Part shown: one piece after another, positions 10,493 through 19,962 of the stretch
Layout: each line of letters starts with the position of its first letter
Numbering within the stretch: the first letter of the stretch is position 1
NCBI GenBank assembly: GCA_963663765.2
Contig: CAXXUA010000005.1
Location: forward strand, 576,001 to 640,000
Source: Candidatus Poribacteria bacterium
GTDB taxonomy: Bacteria; Poribacteria; WGA-4E; WGA-3G
Direction: 5' to 3'
Length of the DNA stretch: 64,000 nt
Program-made: the position numbers and the translations under genes
Notes under the pieces: model-generated
The model's database searches: none
Seen by the model: the letters and a program-made list of their open reading frames with translations, nothing else
What the model was told of the DNA's origin: nothing

Positions 10493-10813
10493 TTACTTTC
10501 TAAGGCACCTCGTTCGCGTATATACGCGGGGAAATGGAATAGGTGTTTTCGTAGTAACCCAATCATACCACTCCGTGACAACATCATCCGTATAACCGAC
10601 CGAAGTATGTGTCATCGCAAACAAAGGGAAATCAGTATCAGTACCACTCTTCGACGAATCTGTAAAAGCTGGTGGATTATAGCGTGATCCGTATGTAGTA
10701 TTCAACGTTAGTTCCATATAAGATAAATACCTATTTAGGCAAAAACCATAATAAGCTGTTGCGCCCAACAACACGACTATTAAAATTGATAATATAAAAA
10801 ATCTAACTTTCAT
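10493..10813 (-). CDS. Hypothetical secreted or membrane-anchored protein
   Basis: GGAGG RBS upstream; N-terminal hydrophobic helix. Confidence 0.55.
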   Translation of the reverse strand: MKVRFFILSILIVVLLGATAYYGFCLNRYLSYMELTLNTTYGSRYNPPAFTDSSKSGTDTDFPLFAMTHTSVGYTDDVVTEWYDWVTTKTPIPFPRVYTRTRCLRK

Positions 10814-10825
10814 TTTTTAAGCCTC

Positions 10826-11007
10826 CTACGGTTCTTGTAGACCCAAATATTGATATGGGTCAATTGCTATCTCTTCTAAAGTATCAACTTTGACGTGTGT
10901 CGGAACTTCACTTTCATCTCTAAAAATCATTCCTGGTCGTAGCACATCAGGGTCACCTATTGCACCGACTACTATTTGCTCACCTTTTGAATTAGTAGCA
11001 TACTTAA
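10826..11007 (-). pseudogene. 3' remnant of an unknown gene, cut off by a MITE
   Basis: The N-terminal part of ORF 10826-11113 is translated repeat DNA; protein-like sequence starts at the MITE boundary (11008). Confidence 0.5.
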
Positions 11008-11135
11008 CAATACCTACGCCAATAATAGACATTCTGCCAGATTGTGCATGTAGTTGTAGCACATTCTGCCAGATTGTGCGGGTAGTTGTAGCACATTCTG
11101 CCAGATTGTGCATATAAATTATTCTGACAGATTGC
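11008..11135. mobile_element. Truncated copy of the MITE at 33068-33602, with about 2.6 copies of the 32-bp unit
   Basis: CAATACCTACGCCAATAATAG-ACATTCTGCCAGATTGTGC... has the same left end and 3' flank as the 33068 element. Confidence 0.8.
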
Positions 11136-11140
11136 TGATA

Positions 11141-11316
11141 TAACGACTTGTGCTAGTTAACTAAATGTTTATACTAAATTCACATATATTGGGTATGGTA
11201 TATAAACATTTCGTCCCTACGGGACTAAAGATCATCCAAAGCAAAAGAAGGACGGTTAAATCCTCTTGTCTATGTGAAGTAATTTTTAATAAATAGTTAT
11301 TTAGCACAAGTCGCTA
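11141..11316. mobile_element. MITE family C (TIR TAACGACTTGTGC)
   Basis: TAACGACTTGTGC...GCACAAGTCGCTA; internal CGTCCCTACGGGACTA. Confidence 0.75.
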
Positions 11317-11519
11317 CTTTCAGGCAATTGGTAATTTTTTCTGTACACGAATCTTGTCTATGACTGGGTTTTTCCGATCAAAAAAATACCAATTTTACCA
11401 ATTAGTGACTTAACGTAAATTGACTATAGTATGGACAATTTTCATCTTGTAGAAGTTGATTATTCAACAGAACGTCTATTTTTCTACGAGTTTCATATAT
11501 TTGTGAAACTGGAGAAAAT

Positions 11520-11622
11520 GATGTGCTCCAGCGGAGTGTTATGTGCGGCTCCAACATACCGCTCCGCTGGAGCGGTATGTTGGCTGACAATGTGACTATA
11601 AACATATCGCTCCGCTGGAGCA
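11520..11622. repeat. REP-like GC palindrome cluster (GCTCCAGCGGAG / CGCTCCGCTGGAGC)
   Basis: Three related palindromic units in direct and inverted orientation. Confidence 0.6.
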
Positions 11623-11641
11623 AAGAAAGTTCCGTTTTGGT

Positions 11642-12063
11642 CAGGGTTATTCAGTTTTAAAAGTATTCTGTTATTTTGATTTACTGAAAGTTAATACCCA
11701 AATGCAGTTTCCTAACTGCACCTTATACATCAATTTTAGATTATTGAAACCTGAACATCGGTCTTTAGTGGTTCACTCGCTAAACATTTATCATGTAGAG
11801 AACGGACGGAATAGATCCAAAAGTCCCTCCCCCTTGATAAGAGGGGCAGGGGGTTTGGAAATTTAGGAATTTCAAACATAGAATACTAAAATTACTTAGC
11901 GAGTAAACTATTTAGTCCAGTAGGGACGATTTGTTTATAGAAAACGAGTGTCCATCCCAGTTCTTTAGTCCCTACGGGACTAAAGAACTGGACAAGATGG
12001 CAACACATAATATTAACGTTATAGTAAAATATTATCAAAAAAACCTAAAACTAAATAACCCTA
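11642..12063. mobile_element. MITE family B (inverted copy of 4827-5133) containing a nested MITE at 11769-11910
   Basis: Outer CAGGGTTATTCAG...CTAAATAACCCTA. Inner TGGTTCACTCGCTAA...TTAGCGAGTAAACTA with 5-bp duplication TTTAG. Confidence 0.85.
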
Positions 12064-12097
12064 TGTTTATCCTCTTTCTTGGAATATTCTGTTTTTC

Positions 12098-13024
12098 TTA
12101 TACCTCTTGTTTTGATGTTCTTAATAAGAGCATTGTAACAAATAACAATGGCAAAATGATAGAGATAGAAATCAGTAAAGAAACTTGCGCTCCAATAAAG
12201 CACGGAAAAAAGAGTATTGAACCTATCATTGACCCTTTCAACGCAAAATATCCGTTTTTTTCATTCGGTTGCAAATACAATGGGATGCGGGTAATTACAG
12301 CAACAAGCAAACCGAGTATGACCCATACGCCATAAGTATTATGGATAAGTGTTTCTTCTATCCAATAAGGTAATAGGGCTACTATAAAAGCTGCTATCGT
12401 TGCCGCAGCAGACAAGAACAGAGCAGGACGGATACCGAGTTGAACAGGTGTCGTTGTAATTCCGTGCTCTTTATCTCGTGAGAGATCTTTAAATGTCGTG
12501 GCAATATGTGTACCGATGTCATATAGTGTTGTCGCACCGAATGCATACCAAACCAACCGTGGAACATTCCCACTCACAACTAACGCACCGAATACGTTCA
12601 ACAACCCTATTCCCAAAGGCAATGTAATACTTCCTAATATCCCTCGCTCTTTAAAAAAGGCATTATATAAATGCGAAATTGCAACTAATGCCATCACCAA
12701 CGCACCTGCTTTTACGTTTAGCAGAAAACCACATAAGACGCAGAGCGCATAAATAACGCTTGCAGGAACCAAGGCTTGTTTCGGAGTTAATCGGTTTGAA
12801 GGCAGTGGTCTTTGAGGATTGGTAAACGCATCAGTTTCCCGGTGGAAATAATCGTTCTTGATCATTCCAGCAAAATAACCAAACAGGGCGATGGTAAGTG
12901 CTGCAGCCACACGCCATGTCATTTTTCCTTCACTGGCAATCAGTGCACCTGGAAGTGTTGCTGCTATTGGCATACCAAATAACGGATAGCGGATGAGTTC
13001 AAGGTAGGTTTTGACTCTGTTCAT
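12098..13024 (-). CDS. UbiA family prenyltransferase (DGGGP-synthase-like)
   Basis: Multiple TM helices; YLELIR, NDYFHRETD...PQRPLPS, KDLSRDKEHG motifs. Confidence 0.85.
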   Translation of the reverse strand: MNRVKTYLELIRYPLFGMPIAATLPGALIASEGKMTWRVAAALTIALFGYFAGMIKNDYFHRETDAFTNPQRPLPSNRLTPKQALVPASVIYALCVLCGFLLNVKAGALVMALVAISHLYNAFFKERGILGSITLPLGIGLLNVFGALVVSGNVPRLVWYAFGATTLYDIGTHIATTFKDLSRDKEHGITTTPVQLGIRPALFLSAAATIAAFIVALLPYWIEETLIHNTYGVWVILGLLVAVITRIPLYLQPNEKNGYFALKGSMIGSILFFPCFIGAQVSLLISISIILPLLFVTMLLLRTSKQEV

Positions 13025-13027
13025 CGC

Positions 13028-14083
13028 TTAGTAGCTATCACTTGGTACCCCAGCCTCTGCAACTGGTGTGTTTCTTGGATCAAACACCTCATCCACTCCA
13101 TAAAACTGATCGCTCTGCGTTCCGATACTCAATTCAGTAACATTCGGTCCCAGTTGCTTGTTACCACTGATATAATTATCTCGCAATCTGCCACCGTCAT
13201 AGACTGCCCAACCGATATTCATAGTAATATTGTTGGACACAATTTCAGGAGATGAAGTGGAATAACAGATAATTGCATATTCGTAGTTTGAACGGATATT
13301 GTTGTGTTGTATACGGGGACGCGAATCGTCTTCACATACGACTCCATACCTGTTTGCATTGAATTCGTTGTATTCTACTTCGGGCGCAGAAGAACCGCGA
13401 AATTGTGCACCACTACCATTTCTATTGAATTCGTTAGCGGAAATTGTCGGATTGGTATTCTCACATAAAACACCGATGTTGTTCTCACTGAAGAGACTTC
13501 TCTCAATTTGCACAGAATCTGTTCCACATAAGATACCATTGACTGCATGCTGAATACGACAGTAAGTAAATCTACTATTCTGACTCTGTGCTTCAATTCT
13601 GATACCTTGCCAGTCTCCAGCTTTTGGCTGAGAAGTTTTCATGGCTTGGTTAGGTGAACTGTCGGTGATTGTGCCTTGTTGTTGTAAAATACTTCTGTTT
13701 TTTGATTGGGAAATTGCATTATTTGTATTAGACTGATTTGGTGTTAATAGTTTTTTACCTAAAGACCCAAAAACAATCATTCTGTCGGGAGCACCTTCAG
13801 CATATAACTCACCAAACACGACGATTGCACTAAGTTCATCGTTAGGTTCAAAACCAACTATCGTTCCTGAACGGATCGTTAATGTCTTGCCCTCTGGTAC
13901 AGTTACCGTTCCAGTCACATAGATTTGTCCATCCCATACTTCGTTTTCTGTAAGTTCCCCCGATTTTTCAATTATCCCAGTGGAAGAATCGCCACCAGAA
14001 TAATTGAATAACCCTCCCTGACAACCGAATAGCATGGATAAAAATATACAAATATAGAGTGTTCTTATTGTTGTGTTTTTCAT
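13028..14083 (-). CDS. Lipoprotein with right-handed parallel beta-helix (NosD/pectin lyase-like) repeats
   Basis: Lipobox LFGC; VPEGKTLTIxxG, GDWQGI motifs; repeated PxIxxNxFxxN. Confidence 0.8.
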   Translation of the reverse strand: MKNTTIRTLYICIFLSMLFGCQGGLFNYSGGDSSTGIIEKSGELTENEVWDGQIYVTGTVTVPEGKTLTIRSGTIVGFEPNDELSAIVVFGELYAEGAPDRMIVFGSLGKKLLTPNQSNTNNAISQSKNRSILQQQGTITDSSPNQAMKTSQPKAGDWQGIRIEAQSQNSRFTYCRIQHAVNGILCGTDSVQIERSLFSENNIGVLCENTNPTISANEFNRNGSGAQFRGSSAPEVEYNEFNANRYGVVCEDDSRPRIQHNNIRSNYEYAIICYSTSSPEIVSNNITMNIGWAVYDGGRLRDNYISGNKQLGPNVTELSIGTQSDQFYGVDEVFDPRNTPVAEAGVPSDSY

Positions 14084-14164
14084 ATCATGGTTTTATCATA
14101 GTTTTAGATATATGTCAAGGAAGGTCGCGCTTAAAGTCAGGGTCATTTTATTGTATTATGAAGA

Positions 14165-14339
14165 TAACGAGTTGTGCTATATAACTAATTGTAATATATT
14201 TCTTTACATAAACTGAACGTGTTATTGTGATTTCACTTATATTGACATACTCTATAGTCCCGTAGGCACGATATGTTATAGCACTAATGCGAATATATGT
14301 GAAAACCACAAAACAATATGTTAACTGGCACAAGTCGTG
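14165..14339. mobile_element. MITE family C, 4-bp target duplication AAGA
   Basis: TAACGAGTTGTGC...GCACAAGTCGTGA; internal AGTCCCGTAGGCACG. Confidence 0.75.
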
Positions 14340-14547
14340 AAGATTAAAAAATAATTCGGTAATCCAATCCATAAACTTTTTCGTAGGGACAGGGTTTTCC
14401 TGTCCGAATATTACCGAATTCATAAATTAACCTTCATACTACCATAGGAAAGAACACCTTGCAGTAATCACTTCAATTTAATGGACAACTTGTTATCAGA
14501 CCCATGGTAAACAGAAAGAAATTCTATACATCTGTACTCTATTACAA

Positions 14548-14701
14548 TACCAATTCAAATAAATCTTGTCTCATTAGGGAATTCTACTGTTTACTAGCAG
14601 GGGGTTACTCTCTTCGGTAGGAGCGACCTCCCGGTCGCGACCGGGAGGTCACTCCTACCAGATTTCCGCTGCTAATGAGACATTATCACATGAAAATGGT
14701 A
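14548..14701. mobile_element. MITE family D (TACCAATTC...GAAAATGGTA) carrying a REPIN
   Basis: Internal GGTAGGAGCGACCTCCCGGTCGCGACCGGGAGGTCACTCCTACC; near-identical inverted copy at 34520-34673. Confidence 0.85.
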
Positions 14702-14866
14702 TAACGTGAGTTTGAAAAATAGTATTGACTTCCACATTGCCTCTTAAAGTCCCCTTGATAAGGGGACTTAGGGGGTTAAATCACTGAAATAGCGACTTTT
14801 TAACCCCCCTAACCCCAATTATCAAGGGGGAATGCGTCTGTCCTGTATAATTATCAAACTCACGTT
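14702..14866. mobile_element. MITE family E (TIR TAACGTGAGTTTGA)
   Basis: Perfect 14-bp TIR; internal CCCCTTGATAAGGGG-type palindromes. Confidence 0.75.
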
Positions 14867-14880
14867 ATTATAACTAAAGT

Positions 14881-14927
14881 TGTTTACTATGTAGCACAAT
14901 CTAACAGATTGTGCTACATAGTAAACA
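14881..14927. repeat. Perfect 22-bp-stem palindrome (GTAG-type REP)
   Basis: TGTTTACTATGTAGCACAATCT-AAC-AGATTGTGCTACATAGTAAACA. Confidence 0.8.
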
Positions 14928-15030
14928 AACTGACAGTTTGCGCTACAAAAATCTTACGAAAATGTATTTTGCTCTATTGAAAACGGTGTCAACATGCGAA
15001 AAATCCAGAATGTTCTTGAAATATTTAATC

Positions 15031-17340
15031 TCAATCTATTATAATCTGGTTTACATCCCACAGAAGCACTGTACCATCTTTACAACCTGTCGCGATTAGT
15101 GTGCCATCTGACGAAAAAGCAAAACCGTAGACCCAATCAGAATGGTTTAATATCGCTTTGATTGTTCCACTATTAACATCCCACAAACGTACTGAGTTAT
15201 TGTACCCTCCAGCAATAGTCGCGCTATCTGGAGAATAAATATATGGGTATTTCCACCTAGTATGACCAGTATGTGCGTATTCTCGTCCTCGGGTTTTTCC
15301 TGTACTTAAGGAGACTATTTGGCTGCCATTGCGAGCATTCCAAACATTTAGAATTTCTGCATTACCATTCAAACAAGCTACAGTTGTTGCATCTGGTGAA
15401 TATGTAAAGTGATTAATAAAATAGTCTTGCTCTCCTTCAAGAGTGACCTTGCGTTCTCTTGTGAGAACGTCCCATAAATCCACTGTATTATCCTCATTTT
15501 TAAGCGCAACCATGATGTTTATTGGTGTGTAAACAAAGATAGAAATATCGTCTAAATCATGAAATACTCTTATGGGCAGTCCAGTTGTTGCATGCCATAG
15601 ACGCACCGTTTTATCATACGACGATCCACTAACGATAATGGTACCATCTGCAGAATATGCTATTGATCTAACCTGTTCTTTATGCCCTATTAGTGAATTC
15701 TTGAGTTTTCCTGTAGATGTATCCCATGACCGTAACGTTTTATCGGCACAGGCAGCAGTAATAGTAGTACCATCTGGAGAAAATACTACTGAACTAACCC
15801 AACAATTTGGTTTTATTATAACTTTGCGATCACCGGATGCAGTATCCCACAAAAATAACGAATAGTCATAGCCCCAACTGGCAAGTGTTGTACCATCGGG
15901 AGAATATAATAATGAATGAATCCGCTTTGTATGTCCTGTAAATGTAATTTTAAGGTCACCGTTAGCTGCATCCCATAAGATTACTTTCTTGTCTGATGTA
16001 CCAGTTGCTATAGTCTTATTATCCGGTGAATATGCAAGGCAATAAATAGCATCAATGTGTTCAACTATATGTCTAATCAGATTTCCAGTATTGGCATCCC
16101 ATAAGCGAACAGAATTGTCCTTAGTCCAACTGGTAAGTGTATTACTTTCTGATGAATACAAAAAAGAAACTATATCATCAGCATGTTTGAATGAAGCAAT
16201 CTGTCGTGCTGTTGACGTGTCCCAGAGATAGATTGTTCTGTCACTACAGTGACTAACGATTATTGTACCCTCCTTAGAATACATAAAGGACAAAATTTGA
16301 CTAGAATGATTCAGTGTACTTTTAAGTTCTCTGGAGGAAGAATCCCATAGACGTAAAGTCTTATCCCTACTTGCACTTGCGATAGTTTTACCATTTAGTG
16401 AATACAAGATTTCAGTAATCCAATCTGTATATTCTATTGAAGTTGTCTTGAGTTCACCCGATGCTGTATCCCAAAATTTCACAGTTTGATCAGTACTACC
16501 TGTAGCAATAATAGTACTATCAGGTGAATACGTTACAGAAGTTATCTGGTCCTTTTGTTCCAATGTCTTTTCAAGGTTTCCAGTTCCAGTGTCCCATAAA
16601 TACACCTTCTTATCAATGCTCAAAGTAGCAAGTGCGGAACTATCAGGTGAATATATTAAAGAAAAAATGTTGTATTTATGAGCAAGTGTAGCTATGAGTT
16701 TTCCACTGTTTACATCAATTAATTGTGCAGTTGCTGAGCGACTACTCTTACCTATAAGTGTGGTATTATCTGGTGAAAAAACTATAAAGTCAACCACGCG
16801 TTTTTTTGAAATAATTCTTGCTCTAAGTTTACCTGTCGTTGTATCCCATAAACGCAAAACACCAAATTTGGTACGACTTTCTGCTTGTATATAGTATCCT
16901 CCAGTAGCAACTGTTTTTCCATCGGATGAGAATACTACAATAATGTCTTGATACTTTCCATCAAAATCCATGTTTAGTGTGGTATATAGTTTTCCTGTGG
17001 TAGCATTCCACATTCTGACCTTACCATCACTACAAACACATGCAATATAATTTCCATCAGGTGTAAATTCTATTGATTTGACATCGTGTTTATCATCTGG
17101 AAAAAGGTTAACCTCTTTACCGTTCTTTGTATCGTAAATCCAAATACCAATTGAACTAGTTACTGCTAAGTGCAAACCATCTGGTGAATATTTAATATCA
17201 GAGATTGAACCTTTACCCATACGCATTTTAGCTCCTTTGGGTAAACTGAAATACTTATAATCCGATGAAAATACTGATGGTAAAACAACAAGCATTAGGA
17301 ATATCGTCAGACAGAGTTTAAAATATAGTATTGCTTTCAT
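15031..17340 (-). CDS. Secreted WD40-repeat protein
   Basis: Signal peptide; many xYSPDGxTIATGSxDxTVxLWD repeats. Confidence 0.92.
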   Translation of the reverse strand: MKAILYFKLCLTIFLMLVVLPSVFSSDYKYFSLPKGAKMRMGKGSISDIKYSPDGLHLAVTSSIGIWIYDTKNGKEVNLFPDDKHDVKSIEFTPDGNYIACVCSDGKVRMWNATTGKLYTTLNMDFDGKYQDIIVVFSSDGKTVATGGYYIQAESRTKFGVLRLWDTTTGKLRARIISKKRVVDFIVFSPDNTTLIGKSSRSATAQLIDVNSGKLIATLAHKYNIFSLIYSPDSSALATLSIDKKVYLWDTGTGNLEKTLEQKDQITSVTYSPDSTIIATGSTDQTVKFWDTASGELKTTSIEYTDWITEILYSLNGKTIASASRDKTLRLWDSSSRELKSTLNHSSQILSFMYSKEGTIIVSHCSDRTIYLWDTSTARQIASFKHADDIVSFLYSSESNTLTSWTKDNSVRLWDANTGNLIRHIVEHIDAIYCLAYSPDNKTIATGTSDKKVILWDAANGDLKITFTGHTKRIHSLLYSPDGTTLASWGYDYSLFLWDTASGDRKVIIKPNCWVSSVVFSPDGTTITAACADKTLRSWDTSTGKLKNSLIGHKEQVRSIAYSADGTIIVSGSSYDKTVRLWHATTGLPIRVFHDLDDISIFVYTPINIMVALKNEDNTVDLWDVLTRERKVTLEGEQDYFINHFTYSPDATTVACLNGNAEILNVWNARNGSQIVSLSTGKTRGREYAHTGHTRWKYPYIYSPDSATIAGGYNNSVRLWDVNSGTIKAILNHSDWVYGFAFSSDGTLIATGCKDGTVLLWDVNQIIID

Positions 17341-17782
17341 GGACAAATCCCGTTATAGGTGGAGTTTGAAGCACTTATTGAAATACTTAAATCATTTTCT
17401 TTTATAGTATACCATTAAAATGACAATTAGTATGGTTATATTCTTGGACCAAACATTGAACATGTCCAAAGCGCACTCACAAAGCGCGCCTACCGTGTGT
17501 TTGTATGGTGTGTGTAAATATTTTGGCATTAACCGTATTTTCAAGGGTAGGAATAACCCGCCAATTGCCATATATATTTGGGTGTTGATTCAAGGTCGTT
17601 CCTACAAGATCTCAGTAGCTAATGAGAAATAACAATTTCTTTTGTGAAATAAAATTTCATAGGTAGTTATTTAGCACAAGTCGTTGAAATGGTATTATTA
17701 TATTTCAAAGTATACACATTTTTCCAAAATTATTTGCATTTTCAAATAGAAAGCGTTATTATTTTTAAGCAAGGAGGAAACT

Positions 17783-18580
17783 ATGGTAAAACTTACGCAA
17801 GATGACATAGAGTTTTTCAAGAATGAAGGTTATTTAGTCAAACGCGACGTCCTAAACCCAGAACTAATGGAACGCGCACGAACAAGATTATGGGATGGAG
17901 CACCAGAGGGAAGACTTCGAGAGGACCCAGACACATGGGTTGGTCCCTTCAAAAAGGAAGAAGAGAACGAAGAAAACTCCAATCGGAGAAAAGGATTTAG
18001 ATGGAACTTCCGTGAACCCGGTGGGGAAGATTGGATGATAAAACTACTCGCTACCGATCCAAATGTCTGGCACATGGCAGAACAGTTCTTAGGTGAAGAA
18101 AACCTTGTGGAACCTAATCGCGTACGTGGAATCTATTGCACACTCCCTTATGGAAATGTCACAAAGAAATCAAGCGGATGTCATGTAGATGCACATCCAT
18201 TCCATCTTGGAGTTGTCGGTTATATTGATGACGTCCCCAAAGAAGGTGGCGGTTTTACAGTGTGGCCCGGAAGCCATAAGATCTTCTATTACGACTATAA
18301 ATCGCAGTATAAGAACGAACCGACACCACAATATGACATTGATCGTGAACGGCTTAGTAGAGAACTGGGTGTTGAATGTTATGGTAATGCAGGAGATATA
18401 GTCTTCTGGCATCATCGCATAGGACATGCAGCGGGACATAACTACTCCAGGCAGATACGGCAAGCCGTCATATACAGCTATAAAAAAACTGAATTGTCGG
18501 AAACACAAGAAGATCCACCCAACAAAGACATGTGGAGAGATTGGCCTGGTATAAAAGCGTTAGAGAAGACAGATACATAG
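17783..18580 (+). CDS. Phytanoyl-CoA dioxygenase (PhyH) family Fe(II)/2OG oxygenase
   Basis: LTQDDIEFFKNEGYLV, HVD, GGFTVWPGSH, AGDIVFWH, distal H and R. Confidence 0.9.
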   Translation: MVKLTQDDIEFFKNEGYLVKRDVLNPELMERARTRLWDGAPEGRLREDPDTWVGPFKKEEENEENSNRRKGFRWNFREPGGEDWMIKLLATDPNVWHMAEQFLGEENLVEPNRVRGIYCTLPYGNVTKKSSGCHVDAHPFHLGVVGYIDDVPKEGGGFTVWPGSHKIFYYDYKSQYKNEPTPQYDIDRERLSRELGVECYGNAGDIVFWHHRIGHAAGHNYSRQIRQAVIYSYKKTELSETQEDPPNKDMWRDWPGIKALEKTDT

Positions 18581-18595
18581 TCAAAAGTATTTATC

Positions 18596-18651
18596 AACTA
18601 ACATACAAGGTAGGCGTGGATCAGAACCCACACCTACCTTGTATGTTAGTT
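18596..18651. terminator. Long hairpin between convergent genes (bidirectional terminator); paralog at ~19875-19928
   Basis: AACTAACATACAAGGTAGG...CCTACCTTGTATGTTAGTT. Confidence 0.65.
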
Positions 18652-18686
18652 GATAAATACAAAGATGAAACCAGAATGTGTTAATG

Positions 18687-18845
18687 CTAATTCCGTCCCA
18701 GAACCTTCAGAAACTCAGGATCTTCTTTTACTTCTGAAAATTCAGGTGTTACAAGGAAGGCAGGATAGTATCTTGCTTCATTCCAATAATTTCCTATGTA
18801 GTTTGAAGCAAGTTTCAAATTGTGCAGAGTCTTCTCTCTATCCTT
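18687..18845 (-). pseudogene. 3' remnant of a duplicated ECF-TPR gene
   Basis: KDREKTLHNLKLASNYIGNYWNEARYYPAFL...FLKVLG matches the C-terminus of 19963-21657. Confidence 0.9.
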
Positions 18846-18980
18846 GTAATACTCACGACGACTAAAGTCGTGTGCTTCTTTGAAACACATAACTCTCCTC
18901 TGTGTAATTCCTGCTTCCGTCTCTCGTGCCTCTATCCTGAACTGTGTGAGGTCTTATTCGGACTCCACAATGCTTGTGAT
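18846..18980 (-). ncRNA. Orphan IS200/IS605 right end / TnpB omegaRNA scaffold remnant
   Basis: 18908-18969 aligns with 58432-58492 (3' end of tnpB); right-end hairpin CACGACGACTAAAGTCGTG at ~18854-18872. Confidence 0.7.
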
Positions 18981-19056
18981 TGTCAGTTAATTCCCTTCAA
19001 ATTTTATTTGCATTTTCAGATAGAAAGCGTTATTATTTTTAAGCAAGGAGGAAACT

Positions 19057-19854
19057 ATGGTAGAACTTACGCAAGATGACATTGAGTTTTTCAAGAATGA
19101 AGGTTATTTAGTCAAACGCAACGTCCTAAACTCAGAACTAATGGAACGCGCACGAACAAGATTATGGGATGGAGCACCAGAGGGAAGACTTCGAGAGGAC
19201 CCAGACACATGGGTTGGTCCCTTCAAAAAGGAAGAAGAGAACGAAGAAAACTCCAATCGGAGAAAAGGATTCAGATGGAACTTCCGTGAACCCGGTGGGG
19301 AAGATTGGATGATAAAACTACTCGCTACCGATCCAAATGTCTGGCACATGGCAGAACAGTTCTTAGGTGAAGGAAGCCTTGTGGAACCAAAACGCATCCG
19401 TGGAATCTATTGCACACTCCCCTATGGAGATGTCATAAAGAAATCAAGCGGATGTCATGTAGATGCACATCCATTCCATCTTGGAGTTGTCGGTTATATT
19501 GATGACGTCCCAAAAGAAGGTGGTGGTTTTACAGTGTGGCCCGGAAGCCATAAAATCTTCTATTACGATTACAAATCGCAGTATAAGAACGAACCGACAC
19601 CACAATATGACATTGATCGTGAACGACTCAGTAGAGAACCAGGAGTTGAATGCAATGGCAATGCAGGAGATATAGTCTTCTGGCATCATCGCATCGGACA
19701 TACAGCAGGACATAACTACTCCAGACAGATACGACAAGCTGTCCTGTACGACTTTAGAAAAACCGAATTGTCAGAAACACAAGAAGAACCACCTAACGAA
19801 GATATGTGGAGAGATTGGCCGGGAATAAAAGCTTTGGAGAAGTCAGATACTTAG
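19057..19854 (+). CDS. Phytanoyl-CoA dioxygenase (PhyH) family protein, duplicate copy
   Basis: Near-identical to 17783-18580; HVD...H facial triad. Confidence 0.9.
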   Translation: MVELTQDDIEFFKNEGYLVKRNVLNSELMERARTRLWDGAPEGRLREDPDTWVGPFKKEEENEENSNRRKGFRWNFREPGGEDWMIKLLATDPNVWHMAEQFLGEGSLVEPKRIRGIYCTLPYGDVIKKSSGCHVDAHPFHLGVVGYIDDVPKEGGGFTVWPGSHKIFYYDYKSQYKNEPTPQYDIDRERLSREPGVECNGNAGDIVFWHHRIGHTAGHNYSRQIRQAVLYDFRKTELSETQEEPPNEDMWRDWPGIKALEKSDT

Positions 19855-19962
19855 TCATTAGTATTTATACATAAACATTAAAAGGAAGGCGCGGATCAGA
19901 ACCCACACCTACCTTTGTTATAATGTTGATAAATACACAGATGAAACCAGAATGTGTTAATG

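Larger units (their letters stand above)
17733..18843. repeat. Copy 1 of a ~1.1-kb direct duplication (PhyH + terminator + 3' end of ECF-TPR gene); copy 2 at ~19007-20118
   Basis: Near-identical RBS region, PhyH gene, hairpin and ECF C-terminus. Confidence 0.9.

Noticed and set aside
11402-12100. ORFs 11402-11623 and 11931-12335 (also 5193-5423, 14148-14423, 32917-33183, 34000-34185)
   Set aside because: They are translations of MITE/REP DNA or antisense overlaps, with no protein-like features.
18650-19079. Plus-strand ORFs 18650-18865, 18822-19079 and 19923-20153
   Set aside because: They are antisense shadows of the ECF-TPR C-terminus and the omegaRNA remnant.
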